From the IMG/VR virus record IMGVR_UViG_3300036971_000130: a stretch of DNA of 64,000 nucleotides. One strand, 5' to 3'. Numbering within the stretch: position 1 is the stretch's first letter; every line of letters begins with the position of its first letter. Below, in pieces: positions 18,111 to 26,204 of this stretch. The notes under the pieces were generated by a model. It did not search any database, was not told where the DNA came from, and saw only the letters and a list, made by a program, of their open reading frames with translations. The stretch is from a virus. Taxonomy: Duplodnaviria; Caudoviricetes. Position numbers and translations under genes: made by a program.

Positions 18111-18572
18111 TCAGCCGACCTGTCCTGCGTGCAGGTTCGCCTCACGGACAGCGTCCTGGTTGTTGCCGAAGCTGAACAGGTAGGCGAAGTCACCACATGA
18201 GCACTGGAACCGGTGGGTGAACCCAGAGTCGTCCCGCTTGATGAGGGCGATCTCGTGGATGGACGAGCAAACCCGTTCGAGTTCTTCCTGAAGGCAGCGA
18301 CCATCCAACGGCCTCCCGTCGAACATGTACCTGTCTTCCTTTGGGAAGACCCACACCCCGTCGGCCTCGTCTTCTGGGACCAGGACGCCACCACCGTCGG
18401 GGAACGGTTCCAGGTGGAAGGCTCGGCCGACCGAGTTCACGTACAGGAGCGGATCATCGAAGTCGAACTGGTCGGCCTGTTCCAGCCGAGTGATCTTGGT
18501 GATCCGACGGACCTCGACGGTGCGCCCCCACGCATCGGTGTGATTGGAGAGGTCGAACTGGACAACGAACAT
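18111..18572 (-). CDS. DxWG / H-CxCG-H paralog family member
   Basis: DAWGRTVEV; H..QCSCG..LH. Confidence 0.75.
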   Translation of the reverse strand: MFVVQFDLSNHTDAWGRTVEVRRITKITRLEQADQFDFDDPLLYVNSVGRAFHLEPFPDGGGVLVPEDEADGVWVFPKEDRYMFDGRPLDGRCLQEELERVCSSIHEIALIKRDDSGFTHRFQCSCGDFAYLFSFGNNQDAVREANLHAGQVG

Positions 18573-18601
18573 GGTGGCACCTTAGCCGTGGGGTGTGACG
18601 G

Positions 18602-18787
18602 TCAGCGGTCGAGCGCCTGACGTTCTGCGACCTCACAGTCGTGCTCACGGAGAGCCACAGAGATCCGGAGAACGTCGTAGATCCTCGCCCATCCGCAGAG
18701 ATCGCAGCGAACGAAGAACTGCTCCTGACCGACGATCACGAGGTGATCCCCAGGCTCAGGGTAATCGCTGGCGATGATCGTGCTCAT
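18602..18787 (-). CDS. small Zn-finger-like protein
   Basis: H..RCDLCGW..EH, resembling the family C-domain. Confidence 0.55.
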   Translation of the reverse strand: MSTIIASDYPEPGDHLVIVGQEQFFVRCDLCGWARIYDVLRISVALREHDCEVAERQALDR

Positions 18788-18796
18788 CGCTCGATC

Positions 18797-19774
18797 CTAG
18801 CTCGGGTGCTTCACCCAGTCCACCTCGAAGGTGGACGTGCGAGGGTCGTTCCAATCGACTCGACGGATGTTGGCGGTCGGGCAGTTCGGCGGGAACTTGC
18901 CCCATGTCGAGCACCGGTTCAGGTTCGGGAGCAGCCCGAGTTCACCGTCAGGTTCGCCAGCCCAGTTGCCGCCCACGGCCATGTTGACGGCCATGTCCCA
19001 GGACTCGTTCGGGTCAGCGGTGTTCCACTTCCATGCGCTGTAGTCGACGTAGCGCATGGTCTCGACGCCATCGGTGTAGAAGATGAACCGGATGGCGTTG
19101 CCCTCGACCTTGCGGATGTCGACCGCCCAGGTGTGCCATCCGGGGCTCACCGTCGGAGCCTCGAAGGCGTCGTTGGTCTTGGCGATGTTCTGCTGACCGG
19201 CGAGGTGGAGCGTCTGGCTGGTCCTGCCGGGCGCTGCGCTGTGGAAGTATTCCATCACGTCGACCTCGGCAGTGGAAGCTCCGTAGCGGTGACGAAGCCA
19301 GAAGGCGGGCCACATGCCCTGTGCGTGAGGCACCTTCGCCCGGATCTCGTAGCGTCCCTCCAACGGGTAGTAGTTCCCGGTCTCACGGGAGCCGATGAAC
19401 CCGGACGTGTAGTTCCGCACCGCCCCGGAGGGGCACTTGACGGTCTCCTTCTTCGCTGCGATCTTCAGCGTTCCTCCGCTGACGATGAGGTTGTCCGGCG
19501 TCAGGCAGGCCATCTCCTTGTTTCCGTCGCCGTAGGTGTTGTGGTACGGCTTCCACTTCGACGTGTCCAGGGAGTCGCCGGAGAAGTCGATGGTCGTGGT
19601 CTGGCCTGGTGCCGAGGTCACGATCGTGGTCGTCGTCGCTGGTGCCGCTGTTGTCGTTGTGACCTGCGGCTTCGTTGTCGTCGACGGCGTCCCCGTCTTC
19701 GGCTGGCAGGCGGTGGTCGCTGCGACTCCGAGAACCAGAGCGAGCGAGATCAACTTCGACTTCAGGGCGGTCAT
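18797..19774 (-). CDS. GH16 glycoside hydrolase lipoprotein
   Basis: lipobox TTAC, Thr-rich linker, WPAFW, EVDVME catalytic motif, FEVDWV. Confidence 0.9.
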   Translation of the reverse strand: MTALKSKLISLALVLGVAATTACQPKTGTPSTTTKPQVTTTTAAPATTTTIVTSAPGQTTTIDFSGDSLDTSKWKPYHNTYGDGNKEMACLTPDNLIVSGGTLKIAAKKETVKCPSGAVRNYTSGFIGSRETGNYYPLEGRYEIRAKVPHAQGMWPAFWLRHRYGASTAEVDVMEYFHSAAPGRTSQTLHLAGQQNIAKTNDAFEAPTVSPGWHTWAVDIRKVEGNAIRFIFYTDGVETMRYVDYSAWKWNTADPNESWDMAVNMAVGGNWAGEPDGELGLLPNLNRCSTWGKFPPNCPTANIRRVDWNDPRTSTFEVDWVKHPS

Positions 19775-19973
19775 CGTGCGATGGTACTCCCATCCATGTT
19801 GAGATTCAACTACCGTCTGGACAAGTCGTCTCTGACCAGCAAGGATGGGGACGGTTTTGCCGTCCGCATGGAGGGTTTGACCTGTCCAGGTCGCCAACCC
19901 ATGTTGGGTAGGCCAGCGCAGCTACCTGCTGCATCCGTACCGATGCTCACCAAGAACGAAAGGAGGGAGCATC

Positions 19974-20489
19974 ATGTCAGTCCTCGTCCTCAACGCAGAC
20001 GGAACGCCGATCAACGTCGTCTCCGACCAGCGTGCCGTCGTCATGGTCCACGAAGACATCGTCTTCGTGATCGCCAAGAGCGACAAGGTGTTCCGCTCCC
20101 CGTCGACCACGATCGAGGTCCCCTCGGTCGTGATGGTGACCCGGTACATCCCGAAGCCCTACCGCCCCCTCGCCAACCTCACTCGGAAGAACCTGCTCGC
20201 CAGGGACAACTACGAGTGCTGCTACTGCGAGGCTCGGCGGGGTACCACCGTCGACCACGTCATCCCAAGAGCCAAGGGCGGCAAGCACGAGTGGGACAAC
20301 GTCGTTGCTGCATGCGAGCCGTGCAACAACAAGAAGTCCGACACCTTGCTGAAGGATCTCGGCTGGAAGATGCGGTTCTCGCCGTACCGCCCGACCCCGC
20401 TCGACGAGGTCAGGTGGGGGCGTGGCTGGACCAACCCGGACTGGCTGCCGTACCTGCCCGAGACGCAGAGGCCCAAGGTCAAGGCGTAA
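19974..20489 (+). CDS. HNH endonuclease (McrA-like, actinobacterial type)
   Basis: VLVLNA, RDNYECCYC, TVDHVIP, NVVAACEPCNNKK. Confidence 0.9.
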   Translation: MSVLVLNADGTPINVVSDQRAVVMVHEDIVFVIAKSDKVFRSPSTTIEVPSVVMVTRYIPKPYRPLANLTRKNLLARDNYECCYCEARRGTTVDHVIPRAKGGKHEWDNVVAACEPCNNKKSDTLLKDLGWKMRFSPYRPTPLDEVRWGRGWTNPDWLPYLPETQRPKVKA

Positions 20490-20491
20490 CG

Positions 20492-20527
20492 AAGAAGTCC
20501 CCGGTCGATGGCCGGGGGCTTCTTGTT
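20492..20527. terminator. bidirectional terminator
   Basis: aagaagtccccggtc...gccgggggcttctt hairpin. Confidence 0.7.
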
Positions 20528-20950
20528 TCAGGGCTTGGCGACTGCATCCTTCGGGGTCGACTTGGCGTGCTCACGCACCTTCGCTTCGACATCGCTGAAC
20601 ATCGTCGACTCAACGGTGAACTTCCACCCGCACATGCAGTTGAGGTAGGTCTTGCCGTTGCGGGTGCCGATCGACAGCGGATGGGAACGATCCAGATGGC
20701 GGAAGATCCGGTAGATGTCCGACTTCGTTTTCGGGTCACCCCGGTAGACGTAGTCGACTCCTGAGCGCACGGTCGTCCACTCACCGTCACCACGAACGAG
20801 ATCGTCATGGTCGTACTGGTTGCCGTTGTCGTCGTACTGGAATCCGTCTTCGTCCATCTCCACGTTCTTCGCTTCGAGCACGTCGAGAACATCAACTTCG
20901 ACGCCCCATCGGTCGACGAAGGTGGCGTGGTTGGTTCGGATGATCAGCAT
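20528..20950 (-). CDS. DxWG / H-CxCG-H paralog family member
   Basis: DRWGVEVDV; H..NCMCGW..EH. Confidence 0.75.
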   Translation of the reverse strand: MLIIRTNHATFVDRWGVEVDVLDVLEAKNVEMDEDGFQYDDNGNQYDHDDLVRGDGEWTTVRSGVDYVYRGDPKTKSDIYRIFRHLDRSHPLSIGTRNGKTYLNCMCGWKFTVESTMFSDVEAKVREHAKSTPKDAVAKP

Positions 20951-21402
20951 GGCATCGACTTCCAGGTCGGGAGTCCACAGCGTGACAGGTGAGCGTTGGC
21001 GGACTCAATGATGCTGTCCAAGCTCTCCATGTCAATCTCGATGGAGAGGTCATGGAACGACCCACAGGAGCACCAGAGGCCGTTGGGAGAGAGGCGGATG
21101 GAGTGGGGAGCGACGTTCGCATCGAGATGGGCCAACAGGTCGTCGTAGACGATCGGTCGACCATCGAGCGAGTAGCGAACCTCTCTGCTGGGGGGCTTCC
21201 ACCTCGGCACCGGACTGACCCAGACGCCGTTCTCGACCCAGTCTCCGGTTCGATCGTCCCGTGAGAAGGCTCGTCCATGATCGGAGATGAGGCCGGACTT
21301 GGGCATCTCAACGATGCGGACCCAGGAGATCACGACGGCTTCGGTCGTCCTCCGGCCCCACTGGTCTTTGGTCTCTCTCGCGACTGAGTGAATCAGGTGC
21401 AT
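20944..21402 (-). CDS. DxWG / H-CxCG-H paralog family member
   Basis: DQWGRRTTE; H..WCSCG..AH; CATGAT-N6-ATG(21402). Confidence 0.75.
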   Translation of the reverse strand: MHLIHSVARETKDQWGRRTTEAVVISWVRIVEMPKSGLISDHGRAFSRDDRTGDWVENGVWVSPVPRWKPPSREVRYSLDGRPIVYDDLLAHLDANVAPHSIRLSPNGLWCSCGSFHDLSIEIDMESLDSIIESANAHLSRCGLPTWKSMPC

Positions 21403-21409
21403 GCCATCA

Positions 21410-22300
21410 TCATGGGTGGTCGAAGGTGATGATCTCATTCGTGAGCGGATGACGGCCTGACACGAACTTCTCCATCCCGTCGAATCTGTCGGGGCCGTGG
21501 ACTGCGCCGACGAGAGCACCGGCGATCGCAGCGACCGTATCGGTGTCTCCGCCTGCCATGATTGCCAACCTGATCGACTGAACGGGATGGCCTTGTGCTG
21601 TCTCGATCGCTCTCCAAGCTCCGATGAACGCCCCGAGAGCGGAGCCGTTGCCGGGGACCCGGAACTCCGGATCGAAGATCCTCGGCCAGACAGGATCGTT
21701 GACGAGATCGAAGGCCACCTCGGGGTGGTGGAACCGTCCGGTGGTGTGTCCGAGCCGGACCAACTCGGACCAGATGATGCACGCTTCGACAGCGTGAGGG
21801 TCAGGGTGGGTGAGTTTCGAGACTGCTGCGGCTGCGGCAGCGGTCTTCTCCCGGTCGTGTGGGTGACGGTACCCGACAGGCCAGGTCCGCATCAGGGAGC
21901 CGTTGCCGCTCTTGGCGAACCGCTTCTTCGAGTGGATGACCTCCGAGACCTCGGTCATCTTCGACGGGTCCTCTGTTCCACGGAAGACCGACTTGATGGT
22001 GCTCCCGATGTCGGGCGGGCCGTGGGACCGCCAGGTCAGGAAGTTCTCAGCGACCTTGGTGAGCGACTCCGGGGAGATCAGGTCACCTTCAGCTTCGAGG
22101 ACGCAGATCGACATGGCGGTGTCGTCGGTGAAGGTGCCAGCGGGATCGCCGGAGAGCCGCCCTGGCAGGAACACCGGGTTGCTCGTCCTCTCCCGTAGGC
22201 CCTCGTATCCAGCGCCGAGAGCGTCCCCGACAGCGCATCCGATGAGACTTCCTGAATGAGAAATTTCACCAGCGTATCTCACATATGTGATAGCGTCCAT
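21410..22300 (-). CDS. ADP-ribosylglycohydrolase (DraG/ARH family); start uncertain
   Basis: AVGDALG, TDDT, GNGSLMR, GGDTDT. Confidence 0.9.
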   Translation of the reverse strand: MDAITYVRYAGEISHSGSLIGCAVGDALGAGYEGLRERTSNPVFLPGRLSGDPAGTFTDDTAMSICVLEAEGDLISPESLTKVAENFLTWRSHGPPDIGSTIKSVFRGTEDPSKMTEVSEVIHSKKRFAKSGNGSLMRTWPVGYRHPHDREKTAAAAAAVSKLTHPDPHAVEACIIWSELVRLGHTTGRFHHPEVAFDLVNDPVWPRIFDPEFRVPGNGSALGAFIGAWRAIETAQGHPVQSIRLAIMAGGDTDTVAAIAGALVGAVHGPDRFDGMEKFVSGRHPLTNEIITFDHP

Positions 22301-22303
22301 CGG

Positions 22304-22726
22304 ATGAAGAAGACCGTGATCGTTCTCGTTGCTCTCGTCGCTGCTGTGACTCTCGCATCCTGTCGTCAGGACAAGATCCCGGTCAACGACAACGTCGCCT
22401 TCAGTGCGATGAAGACCGTCGAGAAGAAGCACGCTCTGGCGAATGCCAAGTGCTCATTCAAGTCCGAGAGGGCCACCGGCGATTACGTCGAAGTTCTGTA
22501 CTCGTGTGTTCGAGGCTCCGACAAGAACATCTCTATCCGAGCCCACTTCTACGCAGCGAAGCAACGTGGTTTCACGATCCAGGTCAGCGGCCAGAAGATC
22601 CCTGACCACCACGTCAGTGTCAACGTCTCGGCGTGGCGGGGGTCGACCAGAGACATCGGGGAGACCTGCTGGTACAACCGGGTCTCACCGACCTCCTTCT
22701 CGTTCATCCGCTGCGAACGGTTGTGA
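22304..22726 (+). CDS. lipoprotein
   Basis: MKKTVIVLVALVAAVTLASC. Confidence 0.8.
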   Translation: MKKTVIVLVALVAAVTLASCRQDKIPVNDNVAFSAMKTVEKKHALANAKCSFKSERATGDYVEVLYSCVRGSDKNISIRAHFYAAKQRGFTIQVSGQKIPDHHVSVNVSAWRGSTRDIGETCWYNRVSPTSFSFIRCERL

Positions 22727-22950
22727 TCAAGTACCTGGGATCGAAGCGTCGCCTGGTCAACGTGATCGGTGCTGCCGCTGAAGGATCTTCGACGGCCCTC
22801 GATCTGTTCACGGGGACGACAAGGGTCGCCCAGCAGTTCAAGAAGCAGGGGATCGAAACAACCGCATGTGACATCGCCACCTACTCGGAGATGTTCGGGC
22901 GGTGCTACTCGGACCATTTCGTCGGTGAGCCGCCAATAGTTCTATTGTGA
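22723..22950 (+). pseudogene. adenine DNA methylase (D12 class), N-terminal fragment
   Basis: IKYLGSKRRL, DLFTGTTRV; no DPPY domain; ends at the next promoter. Confidence 0.8.
22930..22946 (+). promoter_or_regulatory. GCC-AATAGT-T promoter, copy 1
   Basis: ccgccAATAGTtctatt; motif shared with 29624, 31240, 52531. Confidence 0.7.
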
Positions 22951-22974
22951 CGACCACCAGGACGAGGTGCTGAG

Positions 22975-24111
22975 ATGCCGCAGGTACGAGGAACGGATAT
23001 CGGGCTGGTTCGTCCGGGCGTGAGCGGTGGAGCTTTCGCCCCTGGGATGAAGGCCGACGGTCAGGTCGGCAACCTCGGAGGGCCATCGACGATCTACGTG
23101 ACCGACCCGGCCAAGATCAGCGACCTCATGGACTTCGAGCACGTCATCGTCGTCGACAACAACGGTGCCACGGACTACGACGGTCAGGACCCGAGGTTCC
23201 CGAACATCTACGCCCCCGAGGTCTACGGGGACGAGTTCTCAGACCCGGACTGGGAGCCAGTCACCGGCTACAGCAACCAGTACAGCTACAGCGGTCCGCT
23301 CATGCATCCGTCGGAGTTCATCGGCAGGGGAATGGGGGCGAGCATCCTCGATGAGCCTGGCGTTTACGTCACCGTCGTCGTGGAGTGCGACGGCTCCGAA
23401 TGCGACCCAGATGTCCATGACGAAGGTGGCTGCGATGCTGACGGCTGGATGCTCCTTCGCCACAAGAGGTACGGCGATGTGTCGCCGGAGGTGGCCGAGT
23501 TGATCGGCCCGGACGCATACGACCTCGAAGGTCAGTACGAGAAGCTCACGGAGCTTCGGGACTCCATCTTGGTCGACGCTCGCACCAACGAGGATCGGGC
23601 GATGCGCCAGGAGGCGTACTATCACGTCGTGGACAACACCGCTCGGATGTTCGCTCGCTACAACCTCGACTGCGACAGCCGTCTTCTTGCCGCCAGGGCT
23701 GCAATCACCGACCCGGCGGTCGTGCAGAAGCAAGCCGAGGTGGCAGCGGGCAAGGAAACTCTCCGTGCGATCAGGATGGCTGGCTCCGATGACGAAGCAA
23801 GGGACATCGCTCTGCGTCACGGACTGCTCCACCCATCTGCCGTAGCTGGCATGTCGAAGAACGAGATCGTCGACAGGGCAGAAGCATCTCTCGCATCGTC
23901 CAGGGACCCCGAGTCGTACCGTGAAGCCCTCGCTTCGATCATCGACCCAGTCGAGCGTCCTGGCTCTCCCCGCAAGGGTGACAGGGCGGCCTTCTTGTCC
24001 GGATACCAGCCTGTATGGGCAAGCGTCAGCGACGAAGACCACAGCAGTCTGAGTGAAGCTGTCCGTGCTCTCCCGATCGACGTGTTCGTTCGTCTGACGG
24101 AGGATCACTGA
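22975..24111 (+). CDS. hypothetical protein with conserved N-terminal tag (paralog A)
   Basis: GLVRPGVSGGAFAP; contains GYSNQYSYSGPLMHPSEFIG. Confidence 0.8.
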   Translation: MPQVRGTDIGLVRPGVSGGAFAPGMKADGQVGNLGGPSTIYVTDPAKISDLMDFEHVIVVDNNGATDYDGQDPRFPNIYAPEVYGDEFSDPDWEPVTGYSNQYSYSGPLMHPSEFIGRGMGASILDEPGVYVTVVVECDGSECDPDVHDEGGCDADGWMLLRHKRYGDVSPEVAELIGPDAYDLEGQYEKLTELRDSILVDARTNEDRAMRQEAYYHVVDNTARMFARYNLDCDSRLLAARAAITDPAVVQKQAEVAAGKETLRAIRMAGSDDEARDIALRHGLLHPSAVAGMSKNEIVDRAEASLASSRDPESYREALASIIDPVERPGSPRKGDRAAFLSGYQPVWASVSDEDHSSLSEAVRALPIDVFVRLTEDH

Positions 24112-24112
24112 G

Positions 24113-24880
24113 ATGCCACCGATCAGAGGTAAGGATGTCGGGCTCGTCAGGCCCGGCGTGAGCGGGGGTGCGTTCGCCCCAACCGGCCACGGCTTCGGCC
24201 CCGTCCCCGATCTCGGCAACCATGACCCTGAACACGTCAGGATCGTTGCTCTCTTGCAGCCCGGTTACATGGTTGTCGTCTCGGACGTCTTCACCGGCGG
24301 GTACGGCCAGGGCAACGAAGATCCCCGGTTCGTCGGTGCCTTCGTCCCCACAGCCGAGAACGGCAGTGTCCACGATGAGGACTGGAAGGTCGTAGCCGAC
24401 TTGGTCGGTTCCGACGGCATCACCGATCGGGTGACCGACGAGATGAGGGCGAACCCCGGCCTCTACGCTCTGACCGAGAGCTTCAACAACCTCGGTGTCG
24501 AGGGATACGTCCTGGTCCGCCATGAGCGTTACAGGAACATCTCGCCGGAAGCAGCCGAGATCCTCGGACCGGACAATCACTACCGACCAGACCAGTACAA
24601 GTTGATCGAGAATCTCGCCGGACGGGATGACCCTGCTGGCCGAGAAGCGCACGACCAGGCGGTCAAGGACGCTGTCCGGATGATCGAGTCGGACATCCCG
24701 GATGCTGCTTCCCGAATCCGTGCAGCCGTGGATGCCATCGACAATCCGGGCATGGTTCGTAGACTTCGGGCCGCATCCGAAGCTCGGAAGATCATCTCGA
24801 AGGTGCAGTCCACTTCCGATCTGGAAGATGCAGCGGGTGTCGCTCGTGACTACGGACTCTCCCAGCACGACACGGAATGA
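24113..24880 (+). CDS. paralog B, N-terminal part (probably frameshift-split)
   Basis: GLVRPGVSGGAFAP; LVRHERY aligns with LLRHKRY of paralog A. Confidence 0.75.
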   Translation: MPPIRGKDVGLVRPGVSGGAFAPTGHGFGPVPDLGNHDPEHVRIVALLQPGYMVVVSDVFTGGYGQGNEDPRFVGAFVPTAENGSVHDEDWKVVADLVGSDGITDRVTDEMRANPGLYALTESFNNLGVEGYVLVRHERYRNISPEAAEILGPDNHYRPDQYKLIENLAGRDDPAGREAHDQAVKDAVRMIESDIPDAASRIRAAVDAIDNPGMVRRLRAASEARKIISKVQSTSDLEDAAGVARDYGLSQHDTE

Positions 24881-25119
24881 ACCACGACGAGGTGGTCCGG
24901 TTGGTCGTGAGGGAAGCTGAGTCAAGGGACAACCCGGAGAGGGCAGATCACATTCTCGCCATCTCCGTCAGTGAAATCCTCGAACCGGGATCTGGGTCCG
25001 GCTACACGAGGTACCGATCGACTGTCGGTCTGATCGACGAGGTTGACGACAAGCAACTCAGCCAAGAGGTGAAGAAGATGCCGACTTCGGTGTTCCGCAA
25101 GATGATGGAGGGTGATTGA
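24877..25119 (+). CDS. paralog B, C-terminal part
   Basis: LSQEVKKMPTSVFRKM aligns with the C-termini of paralogs A and C. Confidence 0.65.
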   Translation: MNHDEVVRLVVREAESRDNPERADHILAISVSEILEPGSGSGYTRYRSTVGLIDEVDDKQLSQEVKKMPTSVFRKMMEGD

Positions 25120-25120
25120 G

Positions 25121-26137
25121 ATGGCTCAGGTACGAGGCAACGAGGTTGGTCTGGTCCGACCGGGCGTGAGTGGTGGCGCTTTCGCTCCGGGGATGAAGGC
25201 CGACGGTCAGGTCGGTGATCTCACGACCGGTGTGAAGGACCAGGCGACCGACTGGACTGAACTCGAAGCGTTCATGTCCTTCGATCGGGTCGTGGTCAGG
25301 AACTCGGATGGCTCTCTTACCGAGTACGACGGGGAGGATGCCAGGTTCCCCGACCTCGAAGGTCCGTTCGACTACGACCGCTACACCGACGATGACGAGT
25401 TCATCACCGGTCGTGATTGGGTGCCTGTGAGGGTCCCCAATGCGACCTTCGACGGGAGGATGTCCGGCTCTGGCTCCGATCGTGACCAGCACTTCTACGA
25501 ACTCGGAGGGGCGATCCTGGATTCTCCGGCCAACGGGGTCTACGTCCGCATCGCTCTGGCAGGCGACGAATGGATGGTCCTCCGTCACCGCAGTGCTGGC
25601 GTCTACCCCTACGAGGTCACCGAGCTTCTCGGCCCTGAGCCGAAGACGATCGACGAGCACTTCGATCGGGTGAACCGGCTGCCGACCGAGTGGAAGAACA
25701 CCCCGGAGGATGTTGCTGGCAAGCTCGCTGTCGAAGGCGCAGAGCAGGCGATCCTCGATGAGTACCCGAACATCGACTCCGTCTACTGGGACGCCAGAAA
25801 CGGGCTGAACGACCCGTGGTCGACCATGTACCTCCGAGACGTTCAGAACTTCCGTGACGCCGAGGAAGCGGTCGTGATGAAGGCACGAGGTCTGGGTGTC
25901 GATGGCAACATCCGGGGCGGTCTGAACGCTCCCGACCTGGATCTCGACGACGAAGCTGCGGTCTCAGCAGCCATCCACCGCAGGGGTCGTGAGATCCACG
26001 ATCCGAAGGTCATCAGGGCCTTCCAGTCGCTCATGGCCGACCAGATGGACAGCCACGGAGACCATGACGAGGCACACGTCGTCCGACATGCTCCCTACGA
26101 CGTGTTCCGGAAGATCATGCTCTACTCGATGGGCTGA
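25121..26137 (+). CDS. hypothetical protein with conserved N-terminal tag (paralog C)
   Basis: GLVRPGVSGGAFAPGMKADGQVG identical to paralog A. Confidence 0.8.
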   Translation: MAQVRGNEVGLVRPGVSGGAFAPGMKADGQVGDLTTGVKDQATDWTELEAFMSFDRVVVRNSDGSLTEYDGEDARFPDLEGPFDYDRYTDDDEFITGRDWVPVRVPNATFDGRMSGSGSDRDQHFYELGGAILDSPANGVYVRIALAGDEWMVLRHRSAGVYPYEVTELLGPEPKTIDEHFDRVNRLPTEWKNTPEDVAGKLAVEGAEQAILDEYPNIDSVYWDARNGLNDPWSTMYLRDVQNFRDAEEAVVMKARGLGVDGNIRGGLNAPDLDLDDEAAVSAAIHRRGREIHDPKVIRAFQSLMADQMDSHGDHDEAHVVRHAPYDVFRKIMLYSMG

Positions 26138-26150
26138 ATGTCTGATTCTC

Positions 26151-26188
26151 CCATGGCGACAGGCTAGAAGTCACACGTTCAAGTAGAC
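26151..26188 (+). promoter_or_regulatory. CCATGG-N10-GAAGTCACA motif, copy 1
   Basis: ccatgg cgacaggcta gaagtcaca cgttcaa gtagac upstream of the FtsK-like gene. Confidence 0.7.
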
Positions 26189-26204
26189 CGTCTTAGGAGA
26201 TTCC

